A DNA stretch of 64,000 nt from Mycobacteriales bacterium. GTDB lineage: Bacteria > Actinomycetota > Actinomycetes > Mycobacteriales > HKI-0501. Both the position numbers and the translations under genes were made by a program. Shown here one piece after another: positions 33,324-41,870 of this stretch. Every line of letters starts with the position of its first letter. Position 1 is the stretch's first letter. The DNA lies in assembly GCA_036402915.1 (NCBI GenBank), contig DASWRY010000022.1, positions 19,629-83,628 on the forward strand. Direction: 5' to 3'. The notes beneath the pieces are model-generated. The model had not been told where the DNA came from and ran no database searches. It saw only the letters and a program-made list of their open reading frames with translations.

Positions 33324-33461
33324 GGGCTAGAGCCTCCGGACACGCACGAGTGCCCCCGGCCTGGGTGGACAGGGGGTGTGGACAAGCCTACGCCGCGGGC
33401 CGGGGTGCGCTACCGCGCCACTACGCTGCGGCGAACGCACCCGCGCACCCGGAGGTCCCCG

Positions 33462-36224
33462 ATGTCCGACCCCCAGCTCGACACCGACGACACCGGGCAA
33501 CCGGCCGACGACTCCGGCCTGCGTGCCGACATCCGGCGGCTCGGCAACCTCCTGGGCGAGTCCCTCGTCCGCCAGGAGGGCCAGGAGCTGCTCGACCTGG
33601 TGGAACGCGTCCGGCGGCTCACCCGCGACGACAGCGCGGCCGCGGCGGACCTGCTCCGGGACGTCGACGTGCCCACGGCGATCCGGCTGGTCCGCGCGTT
33701 CTCGGCGTACTTCCACCTCGCGAACGTCACGGAGCAGGCACACCGCGGCCGCGAGCTCCGGCAGCGGCGGGCCACCTCGGGCGGATGGCTGGACGAGTTC
33801 GCCCGCCTCGTCCGGGAGCGCGAGGTCCCGGCCGCGGAGATCGCGGAGGCCGCCGAGCACCTCGCGGTCCGGCCGGTGTTCACGGCCCACCCGACGGAGG
33901 CCGCCCGCCGGTCGATCCTGTCCAAGCTCCGGGCAGTGGCCGATCTGCTCGACGAGGAGGCGGCGACGTTCAGCGTCGTCGGCGGCGCGGTGAGCTCCCG
34001 CACGAACCGCCGGCTCGCCGAGGTGATCGACGTGCTCTGGCAGACCGACGAGCTGCGGCTCGAGCGGCCGGAGCCCGCGGACGAGGCGCGCAACGCGGTG
34101 TACTACCTCGCCGACCTGTACGCGGACGCGGCGCCCGATGTCCTCGCCGACCTCCGCGACACGCTCGCCGACCTCGGCGCGGAGCTCCCGGCGACCGCGC
34201 GGCCGCTGACGTTCGGCACCTGGATCGGCGGCGACCGGGACGGGAACCCGTACGTGTCCGCCGACGTCACGATGCAGGTGCTCACGATCCAGCACGAGCA
34301 CGGCATCCGCGGCGCCGAGCGGGCGGTCACGCGGCTCGCCGAGGAGCTCAGCGTCTCGGGCAGGGTCGCCGCCGTGTCGCAGGAGCTCACCGACAGCGTG
34401 GCCGCGGACCTCGGGCGGCTGCCGGAGGTGGAGTCCCGGTACCTCCGGGTGAACGCCGAGGAGCCGTACCGGCTCAAGATCCGCTGCATCCAGGCGAAGC
34501 TCGCGAACACCCGGGCGCGGCTCGCCCGCGGGGTCGCGCACGAGCCGGGGCGGGACTACCTCGGCGCCCGCGACCTCGTCGGGGACCTCGAGATCATGTG
34601 GCGGTCGTTGCGCGAGCACCGCGGCGAGCTCATCGCCGAGGGCCGCGTCGGCGACCTCATCCGGGCGGTGTCCGCGTTCGGGCTGCAACTGGCCACGATG
34701 GACATCCGCGAGCACGCCGACAAGCACCACGCCGTGCTCGCGGTGCTGTTCGACCGGCTCGGCGAGTCGCCGGAGCCGTACGCGTCCCTCGACCGCGCCG
34801 CCCGCGGCGAGCTGCTGGTCCGGGAGCTGTCCGGCCACCGTCCGCTCACCGGCGTCGACCCGGCGCTGGACGACGACACGGCGAAGACGTTCGGGGTGTT
34901 CACGACGATCCGTGCGGCGTTCGAACGGTTCGGCCCCGACGTGGTCGAGTCGTACATCGTCTCGATGACCCGCGGCGTCGACGACCTGCTCGCCGCCGTC
35001 GTGCTGGCGCGCGAGGCCGGCCTGGTGGACGTCCACGGTGGACAGGCACGGATCGGGTTCGTCCCGCTGCTCGAGGAGGTCGCCGAGCTGCGCAACGCCG
35101 GTCCCATCCTGGACGAGCTGCTGTCGATCCCCGCGTACCGGTCGATCGTCACCGCACGCGGGGACGTGCAGGAGGTCATGCTCGGGTACTCGGACTCCAA
35201 CAAGGACGCCGGGATCGCGACCAGCCAGTGGGAGATCCACCGGGCGCAGCGCTCGCTGCGCGACGTGGCGGCGCGGCACGGGGTGCGGCTGCGGTTGTTC
35301 CACGGTCGCGGTGGGACGGTCGGCCGCGGCGGGGGCCCCACGCACGACGCGATCCTCGCCCAGCCGTGGGGCACGCTCGACGGCGCGATCAAGGTCACCG
35401 AGCAGGGTGAGGTCATCAGCGACAAGTACTCGCTGCCGACCCTCGCCCGCGAGAACCTCGAGCTGACCGTCGCGGCGGTCCTGCGCGCCACCGTGCTGCA
35501 CACCGCCCCGCGGCAGCCGGCCGAGGCGCTCGCGCGGTGGGACTCGGTCATGGACCGGGTGAGCGACGCGGCGCACGCGGCGTACCGGGAGCTCGTGGAG
35601 ACCGAGGACCTGCCGCGGTACTTCTGGGCCTCGACCCCGACCGAGCTGCTCGGGGCGCTGAACATCGGATCCCGCCCGTCGAAGCGGCCCGACGCCGACG
35701 CGGGGCTCGAGGGGCTGCGGGCGATCCCCTGGGTGTTCGGGTGGACGCAGTCGCGGCAGATCGTGCCCGGCTGGTACGGCGTCGGCTCCGGCCTCGCGGC
35801 CGCCCGTGCCGCCGGGCTCGAGGAGACGCTCGGGGAGATGTACGCCGAGTGGCACTTCTTCCGGACGTTCATGTCGAACGTGGAGATGACGCTCGCGAAG
35901 ACCGACCTGTCGATCGCCCAGCGGTACGTGGACCGGCTGGTCGACCCGCAGCTCAAGGCCGTGTTCGACCAGGTGCGCGGCGAGCACGACCGGACCGTCG
36001 CGGAGATCCTCCGGCTCACCGGGGAGCCGGCTCTGCTCGAGGCGCAGCCGCTGCTGCGGCGCACCCTTGCCGTGCGGGACCTGTACCTCTCGCCGCTGCA
36101 CCAGGTGCAGGTGGAGCTGCTCGCGCGGCACCGGGCCGGGGAGACGGAGGACAACCCCTCGCTGCTCCGGGCGTTGCTGCTCACGGTGAACGGGGTCGCG
36201 GCGGGGCTGCGCAACACCGGCTGA
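33462..36224 (+). CDS. ppc: phosphoenolpyruvate carboxylase
   Basis: ATG at 33462 follows GGAGG. Seen: [32 protein letters not shown] and the terminal ...LRNTG. The upstream 3.5 kb of ORF 29916..36224 is antisense to mfd and is not coding. Confidence 0.95.
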   Translation: MSDPQLDTDDTGQPADDSGLRADIRRLGNLLGESLVRQEGQELLDLVERVRRLTRDDSAAAADLLRDVDVPTAIRLVRAFSAYFHLANVTEQAHRGRELRQRRATSGGWLDEFARLVREREVPAAEIAEAAEHLAVRPVFTAHPTEAARRSILSKLRAVADLLDEEAATFSVVGGAVSSRTNRRLAEVIDVLWQTDELRLERPEPADEARNAVYYLADLYADAAPDVLADLRDTLADLGAELPATARPLTFGTWIGGDRDGNPYVSADVTMQVLTIQHEHGIRGAERAVTRLAEELSVSGRVAAVSQELTDSVAADLGRLPEVESRYLRVNAEEPYRLKIRCIQAKLANTRARLARGVAHEPGRDYLGARDLVGDLEIMWRSLREHRGELIAEGRVGDLIRAVSAFGLQLATMDIREHADKHHAVLAVLFDRLGESPEPYASLDRAARGELLVRELSGHRPLTGVDPALDDDTAKTFGVFTTIRAAFERFGPDVVESYIVSMTRGVDDLLAAVVLAREAGLVDVHGGQARIGFVPLLEEVAELRNAGPILDELLSIPAYRSIVTARGDVQEVMLGYSDSNKDAGIATSQWEIHRAQRSLRDVAARHGVRLRLFHGRGGTVGRGGGPTHDAILAQPWGTLDGAIKVTEQGEVISDKYSLPTLARENLELTVAAVLRATVLHTAPRQPAEALARWDSVMDRVSDAAHAAYRELVETEDLPRYFWASTPTELLGALNIGSRPSKRPDADAGLEGLRAIPWVFGWTQSRQIVPGWYGVGSGLAAARAAGLEETLGEMYAEWHFFRTFMSNVEMTLAKTDLSIAQRYVDRLVDPQLKAVFDQVRGEHDRTVAEILRLTGEPALLEAQPLLRRTLAVRDLYLSPLHQVQVELLARHRAGETEDNPSLLRALLLTVNGVAAGLRNTG

Positions 36225-36229
36225 GGGGC

Positions 36230-36252
36230 GCGGGGGGCCGGGGTGCCCCCGC
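36230..36252 (+). terminator. hairpin just after ppc
   Basis: gcggggg [gccggggtg] cccccgc gives a 7-bp GC stem starting 6 nt after the stop. No U-tract. Confidence 0.3.
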
Positions 36253-36275
36253 CGGCCGTCCCCCCGCCGGCCGTC
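36246..36275. repeat. perfect 15-nt tandem duplication cccccgccggccgtc x2 in the ppc/LLM convergent spacer
   Basis: 36246-36260 equals 36261-36275. A further imperfect ~35-nt direct repeat (ggtctgNccggcgg...) follows at about 36287 and 36328. Confidence 0.8.
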
Positions 36276-36377
36276 CGCCCCGGCCTGGTCTGCCCGGCGG
36301 TGCCCGCGCCCGGGCCCGCCCCGGCCCGGTCTGACCGGCGGCGTCCGCGCCCGGGTCCGCCCGCGACTCCCGCCCGG

Positions 36378-37343
36378 CTACAGCTCCCGGCGCAGCACCG
36401 GCAGCAGCTCCTTGCCGGCCCAGTCGAGGAACTCCTGCTGCCGGTCCCCGCCGACCTGTATCAGCGCCACGTCGGTGAATCCGGCCTCGGCGAAGGGCTT
36501 CAACAACTCCACCCACCGGCCGACGTCCGGGCCGCACGGCATCGAGGACGCCACGTCCTCCGGCCGCACGAACTGGGACGCGGCCGCGAAGGACTTCGGG
36601 CCGGGTAGCTCCGAGTTGACCTTCCAGCCGCCGCCGAACCAGCGGAACTGCTCGTGCGCGCGGGCCACCGCCGCGTCGGTGTCGGTGTCGTAGCTGCCCG
36701 GGAGCTGACCGACGCGTGGCTTCCCGCTGCCGCCGAACTCGTCGAACCAGTCGGTGAGCTCCTTCTTCGGCTCGACCGCGACCAGGACGTCGGCGTGCTC
36801 CCCCGCGAGCTCGCACGACTGCCGGCCCGAGACGGCGATGCCGATGGGCACCGGCGTGTCGGGGAGGTCCCACAGCTTCGCGGACTCGACGTCGAAGTGC
36901 GTGCCGCGCCGGTTCACGTACCCGCCGTCGAAGAGCTGCCGAATGATCTCGACGGCCTCGGCCAGCATCTCGTGCCGGATGTCCACGGGCGGCCAGCCGC
37001 CGCCGACGACGTGTTCGTTGAGGTTTTCTCCGGCGCCCAGGCCGAGCGTGAACCGGCCCTCGGAGAGGATCTGCACGGTCGCGGCCTTCTGCGCGACGAC
37101 CGCCGGGTGGTACCGGCGGGTCGGGCAGGTCACGTACGTCATGAGCGGGATCCGCTCGGTCGCCTGGGCGGCGGCGCCGAGGACGCTCCACGCATACGGT
37201 GAGTGGCCCTGCTCGTCCAGCCACGGGAAGTAGTGGTCGCTGATCACCGCGAACTCGAAGCCGACCTGCTCGGCCCGGACGACGTCCCGCACGAGTTCGC
37301 GGGGACCCGTGTGCTCGCACATCATCGTGTATCCGATCCGCAT
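36378..37343 (-). CDS. LLM-class F420-dependent oxidoreductase (G6PDH-related subfamily)
   Basis: Seen: MRIGYTMMCEH...FEFAVISDHYFPWL...GLGAGENLNEH. This luciferase-like monooxygenase fold pattern is typical of the F420-dependent subgroup. Confidence 0.75.
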   Translation of the reverse strand: MRIGYTMMCEHTGPRELVRDVVRAEQVGFEFAVISDHYFPWLDEQGHSPYAWSVLGAAAQATERIPLMTYVTCPTRRYHPAVVAQKAATVQILSEGRFTLGLGAGENLNEHVVGGGWPPVDIRHEMLAEAVEIIRQLFDGGYVNRRGTHFDVESAKLWDLPDTPVPIGIAVSGRQSCELAGEHADVLVAVEPKKELTDWFDEFGGSGKPRVGQLPGSYDTDTDAAVARAHEQFRWFGGGWKVNSELPGPKSFAAASQFVRPEDVASSMPCGPDVGRWVELLKPFAEAGFTDVALIQVGGDRQQEFLDWAGKELLPVLRREL

Positions 37344-37431
37344 GACCAGACCCTGCTCGGGTCGGCGGGCATCGTCAACACGAGATCATCTGCCGGGCTC
37401 CCGCGGCGGACAGGCCCCACAGGTGCACGGT

Positions 37432-37556
37432 CGGGCGGAGCCGCGCGACTGGCGCGGCGCGGAGGTGCGGCGCGGAGGCGCAGCGTGGAGGCGCGGGCGG
37501 AGCCGCGCGACTGGTGTGGAGGCGCGGCGCGCGGAGGTGCCGCACCGCCGGCGACT
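37432..37556. repeat. intergenic direct repeats (21-nt exact repeat with 62-nt period, plus six GGAGG[C/T]GC sub-repeats)
   Basis: cgggcggagccgcgcgactgg occurs at 37432-37452 and 37494-37514. gcggaggtgc and gtggaggcgc motifs are reiterated between and after the two copies. Confidence 0.7.
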
Positions 37557-37634
37557 CGGCGCGGAGATCGCCCGAGGAGGTCGGGCACCGGGGCCGGCGC
37601 GTGGCGGCACGCACCGGCTCGAGCCCTTCCGGGA

Positions 37635-40535
37635 TCAGCGCTGCGGGTTGATCACCACCGTGAACGCCGCCGTGGCATCGGCCGGCGCCGCGTCCAGCCC
37701 GCCGTACCGGCCTCCCGGCACGGGACCACCCGAGTCCGCGGCCAGCGACCCCGCCGCGCTCCCGCGGGACGTCAGCCCCTGCGGCGCAGCCCCGGCCGAC
37801 CCACCGGCCCAGTACGACACGACCCACGCCCCGGGCCCGGCCACGTCCACGCTCGGCGTCGTCGTGCCGGACGCGGACGTCACCTGCGGATCCGAGCCGT
37901 CCGTCCCGGCGTACGCGAGGAGCAGACCGCCGGCCCCGGCGGGCAGCGACACCGCGGAACCGGCGTCCGCGGCCACGGCCACCCGGTGGTAGACGGCGGT
38001 CGTGCCACTGTGGTCCAGCTGCCGCCACCCCGTCACGTCGGCGACCGGGTCCGCGGTCAGGAACAGCAGCAGGCTGTCGCCCGGCCGCACCGTGTCCGGA
38101 ACGGTGACGTGCGCCGTGGTGCCGCCGTCGTCGGCAGCCACCGGGGCGACGTCCCGGAACGCCACCGCGCCGGTCGGGGACTCGACCACCACGTCCTTGC
38201 CGACCGTGCCGGTGAGTCCGCCCGCGTCCGTGACGGTGAGGCGGACCGGGAAGGTGCCGTCTGCCGGGAACGTGTGCTCGGCGCCCGCGCCCGTCCCGGT
38301 CGACCCGTCGCCGAAGTCCCAGGTGTACGTCTCGAGCGGTCCCGACCCGGTGGACGACGTCGCGTCGAACCGGCACGCCCGGCCGGTGCAGTCCGCGGAG
38401 AACGCCGCGACCGGTGCGCGACCGGGCGCCACCTCGACCTGCCGGGTCGCCGACCCGGAACGGCCCTCGCCGTCGGTGGCGCGGAGGGTCACGGTGTACG
38501 TCCCCGCGGCCGTGTAGGTGTGGGTCGCCTGCGGGGTGGCCGCCGTGCCGCCGTCCCCGAAGTCCCACCGGTACGACCGCCCCGCGGCCCCTGCCGCGTC
38601 GGCAGCCCTGCCCGAGGCGTCGGCCGTGAACCGGCACTCGAGGGCAGCACAGTCCGCGCCCAGCGCCACGTCGAGCGGCGACACGCCCGCCGCCGCGGCG
38701 GACCGGACGAACAGCGCCCGCGCGCGCCAGTCCCTGCCGTCGACGGCAGGACCGGACAGCACGGTGGCCACCCCGGTGGCCCGGAACGGCGCCGCGCGCA
38801 GCGTGCCGGTGTCGTCGGCCCACAGCACCTGGTCACCCGCGCGCGTGAGGCCGGCGACGTGGTCCCAGTCCACACCGGCGACGTCGGCCGTGAACCGCTC
38901 GGCGCCGACAACGCCGCTCTCGGGCGTGAAGTAGCGGTAGTACAGGTTCGAGTCGCCCGAGCGGGTGTAGTAGAGACGGCCCGCATCGAAGAACATCCCC
39001 GTGGCGTCGCGCAGCTCCGTCGCGAAGTCCGTGAGCCCGTGCAGGTCGACCGTCTCCACCGCGCCGAGCGTGCGGCCGTCGAAGGACCGCTTCCGCAGCG
39101 TGCCGTCCGCGTTCCCGGTCCACAGGATGTCGTCGGTCATGAAGGCGCCCCGCACGCCCTCGAACCCGCCGACCGGCAGGCTGACGTCCGGCCCCGTCCC
39201 CGGGGTCCGGGCCGCGTCCACGTGCCGGTACAGCAGGCCGTCGCCGTTCGCGCCCGGGGCGAGCGGACCGGCGGCGAACACGTCGTTCGGCAGGGCCGCG
39301 ACGGCGTCGGCGGGCAGCGCGGAGACGAGCGGCACGAACGCCAGCCGGTTGCGGCCGCCCGAGCTGTCGGCGCCGACCCACAGGCCGGTCGCCGTCGGGT
39401 ACAGCACGCGTGCCGCGGCACCACGGGTGGCGGGCGGGCTCCACGAGAGCGGCAGGCCGTTGCGCGGGTCCAGGGCCGCGACACCCGGACGGGACACCGC
39501 GCCGGGCCCGGCCGTGCCCTCTCCCGCCGGGTTGTCGAGCCACCGCTGACGGCCCCCGACGTACACCGCGGACCCGGTGACCGTGACGGCCTGCAGGGCG
39601 TCGCCACCGGTGCGGGCGACCCAGGTGGGGCCGCGCGCCGCCCGAGCGGGATCCCAGCGGGCTGCCGTGCCGCACAGCGTGTCCGGGGCGGTACCGCCGC
39701 CGGTCACGACCGTGAAGTACGTGCCGTCGGGCGCGTACGCCACGTCCTGCACCGACGACTCGCCCGCACAGCGGGCCCCGTACCGATCCGTCGACCACGG
39801 CAGCACCGAGGCGGACGGGCCGGACAGGTCGATCAGCGCGACGCGCGTGCGGGAGGCACCGCCGACCGAGGTGAAGTCACCGACCGCCGCCAGGCTGCCG
39901 CCGTCCGGCGCGACGTCCAGCGCCGTGACCCCCGCGGCGCCGCCACCGCCGCCGAAGGACAGGCCGAAGAACGGGTCGGCCGCGCCCGTGTCGGGATCCA
40001 GCGACATCATCCCGCCGGTGAAGTCGCCGCCGAGGTACAGGCGCTTCCCCGCCATTCCCACGTCGTTCACGTCGCCGTCGAGGACCGGCGCGGTGAAGCC
40101 GGGGACGGCCTTCCCGGTGGCGAGGTCCAGCCGCGCGAGGCCGCGGGAGGCCTCGCCGTTGACCGTGCCGAAGGCGCCCGCCGCGTACACCGACCTGCCG
40201 TCCGGGGACGGGAGCAGTGCCGACACGGCACCGTCGAGGACCGGCGCGAAACCGGGATCGACCGCACCGGTCCTCGCGTCGAACGCCATGAGGTTGTCGC
40301 GGTGGTACGTCAGCGACTCGTCGGGTGACGCGGCCGACCGGAAGCTGCCGCCCACGAGGACGACCGAACCGATCTGGGCGAGCGCCAGCACGTTGCCGTC
40401 CGCGATGCGGGGCGTGACGGGCTGCACCTCGCCGGTCTGGGTGGCCTGGACGGACACGACGCCGGACCACGTCAGGGTGCCGGCACACGCGAGCACCAGC
40501 GCGGCGACGCCCACTGCCCACCGGATGCTTTTCAC
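37635..40535 (-). CDS. secreted 967-aa protein: signal peptide, beta-propeller-type repeats, two PKD domains, unknown C-terminal domain
   Basis: GTG at 40535 lies 6 nt after AAGGGAGG. The signal reads KSIRWAVGVAALVLACAG. There are reiterated ...DG..vY.GG.F..v.G..r..la.ld..tG... blades. The two PKD-like modules are YRWDFGDGGTA...THTYTAAGTYTVTLRATDGEG and YTWDFGDGSTG...EHTFPADGTFPVRLTVTDAGG. Confidence 0.75.
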   Translation of the reverse strand: MKSIRWAVGVAALVLACAGTLTWSGVVSVQATQTGEVQPVTPRIADGNVLALAQIGSVVLVGGSFRSAASPDESLTYHRDNLMAFDARTGAVDPGFAPVLDGAVSALLPSPDGRSVYAAGAFGTVNGEASRGLARLDLATGKAVPGFTAPVLDGDVNDVGMAGKRLYLGGDFTGGMMSLDPDTGAADPFFGLSFGGGGGAAGVTALDVAPDGGSLAAVGDFTSVGGASRTRVALIDLSGPSASVLPWSTDRYGARCAGESSVQDVAYAPDGTYFTVVTGGGTAPDTLCGTAARWDPARAARGPTWVARTGGDALQAVTVTGSAVYVGGRQRWLDNPAGEGTAGPGAVSRPGVAALDPRNGLPLSWSPPATRGAAARVLYPTATGLWVGADSSGGRNRLAFVPLVSALPADAVAALPNDVFAAGPLAPGANGDGLLYRHVDAARTPGTGPDVSLPVGGFEGVRGAFMTDDILWTGNADGTLRKRSFDGRTLGAVETVDLHGLTDFATELRDATGMFFDAGRLYYTRSGDSNLYYRYFTPESGVVGAERFTADVAGVDWDHVAGLTRAGDQVLWADDTGTLRAAPFRATGVATVLSGPAVDGRDWRARALFVRSAAAAGVSPLDVALGADCAALECRFTADASGRAADAAGAAGRSYRWDFGDGGTAATPQATHTYTAAGTYTVTLRATDGEGRSGSATRQVEVAPGRAPVAAFSADCTGRACRFDATSSTGSGPLETYTWDFGDGSTGTGAGAEHTFPADGTFPVRLTVTDAGGLTGTVGKDVVVESPTGAVAFRDVAPVAADDGGTTAHVTVPDTVRPGDSLLLFLTADPVADVTGWRQLDHSGTTAVYHRVAVAADAGSAVSLPAGAGGLLLAYAGTDGSDPQVTSASGTTTPSVDVAGPGAWVVSYWAGGSAGAAPQGLTSRGSAAGSLAADSGGPVPGGRYGGLDAAPADATAAFTVVINPQR

Positions 40536-40618
40536 GTGAACCCTCCCTTGGGTTCGCATGTGCCCTTCGGAGACGGCGTTGACCAGCATGGTGATCCGGG
40601 TCGCCCGCTCACAAGGGG

Positions 40619-41647
40619 CTAGCCCACTCCCGATGGCGGCGGCGCTCTCAGCCGGGGCTCGCCGACGAGGGCCCGGAAGGCGTGCAGCGCGTCCGGCGAG
40701 GAGTCGACCGCGAAGTCGTACCCGGCCGGCCCGTCCTGCCGCGCGCTGAAGTACACGAGCGCCCTGATCTGCGGGTACGCCGGCACGTACGCGTGGGCCT
40801 CGCGGAACCACGCGGCCTTCTCGCCCGGGTACCCCTCGCGGACCCCGAACTCGCCCAGCATCACCGGCCGGGGGTGGCTCGCGGCCCACCGCATGAACGG
40901 GGTCATCACGCGGGAGAACCCGAGCATCTGGGATCCCGCGTATGCGTCGGCGCAGATCCAGTCGACCTGACCGTCGCCGGGGTAGTAACGCTGGGCGCGT
41001 CCGTCGGCGAACCCCGTCGCGAGCGGGCACCACACCCAACCGGCGTTGGTGGCACCTGCCGCGCCGAAGATCGCCCGGACGTGCTTCCACGCCGCGACGA
41101 AGTCCTCCGGGGAGTGCACCGTGTCCTGGAGGTTCGGCCGGTCCATCTCCCAGCGGAACCGCAGCAGGATCGGGACGCGGAGCGCGCGCACCGCGTCCGC
41201 GCGGGCGCGGATCAGCGGGTCGTACACGCCGCGGGCGATCGCGCGGGTGTCCGCGCCGGACCAGGACAGGAGCAGCAGCTTCCCCTGCCGGACGAACGTC
41301 AGGTCGACCCCGTCCGGGAACGGGTCCTCCCACCGGTGGAACACGTGCGCGATCGTGAGCGGGCGGCCGATCAGCTGCTCGAAGTCGCCGACCGCGGTCA
41401 CGCGCCCGTCCGGCGTCTGGTCACCGGAATTCACCCAGGCGCCGATCCAGGCGCCGTCGGCCGGAGGGGCGGGACCCCGGCCGGTCGTGCCGACCGGGCC
41501 GGTACGGGCGGGTGCGCTCGTGTCGGCGGGGACCGGCGTGCCGCCACCCGTGGGAGCAGCGCGCCCGTGGCCGCCGCCGGTGCACGCGGTCAGCAGGGCA
41601 CACACCAGCAGGATCGCCGTTGCGCCGCCAAGGGTCTGAACCCTCAT
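40619..41647 (-). CDS. GH26-like (clan GH-A) glycoside hydrolase lipoprotein
   Basis: ATG at 41647. The lipobox reads LLTAC. LRFRWEMD resembles the GH26 acid/base region, and PVMLGEFGV resembles the nucleophile region. Confidence 0.55.
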   Translation of the reverse strand: MRVQTLGGATAILLVCALLTACTGGGHGRAAPTGGGTPVPADTSAPARTGPVGTTGRGPAPPADGAWIGAWVNSGDQTPDGRVTAVGDFEQLIGRPLTIAHVFHRWEDPFPDGVDLTFVRQGKLLLLSWSGADTRAIARGVYDPLIRARADAVRALRVPILLRFRWEMDRPNLQDTVHSPEDFVAAWKHVRAIFGAAGATNAGWVWCPLATGFADGRAQRYYPGDGQVDWICADAYAGSQMLGFSRVMTPFMRWAASHPRPVMLGEFGVREGYPGEKAAWFREAHAYVPAYPQIRALVYFSARQDGPAGYDFAVDSSPDALHAFRALVGEPRLRAPPPSGVG

Positions 41648-41764
41648 CGCCACTCCCCGGTGTCCGCCCGCACGGAGCCTTGCACACACGGCCCGCGCTC
41701 CGAGGCGGTACGCGGCAACTGCTCCGCGTGATGTCGTCGGGGGAAGGGCCTGCGGAGAACGCTA

Positions 41765-41793
41765 GGGGGCGGGGGCAAAAAGGGGGGCGGGGG
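41765..41793 (+). other. canonical G-quadruplex motif G5-C-G5-CAAAAA-G6-C-G5
   Basis: G-runs occupy 41765-69, 41771-75, 41782-87 and 41789-93, in the spacer between the flippase stop (41871) and the GH26-like start (41647). Confidence 0.6.
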
Positions 41794-41870
41794 ACGGAGG
41801 ATCTGTGGACGAGAGTGGGAGGTGTGGACAGCGTTGACGGGGTGCCGCGGTGGGTGTAGATGAGGGCGAC

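Noticed and set aside
33372-33393. A recurrent TGTGGAC(A) motif: twice upstream of ppc (~33372 and 33386), twice in the 41.8-kb spacer (~41814 and 41833) and once upstream of glmU (~63765). Considered as a possible shared regulator site.
   Set aside because: GTGGAC is a very common hexamer in this genome (the Val-Asp codon pair). Spacing differs between sites and there is no symmetry. I cannot compute enrichment here, so the motif is treated as chance.
29916-33461. The 5' 3.5 kb of the giant 2102-aa ORF 29916..36224 +.
   Set aside because: It is antisense to mfd and has a low-complexity translation. Recognisable PEP carboxylase sequence begins only at the ATG at 33462, which has a GGAGG in front.
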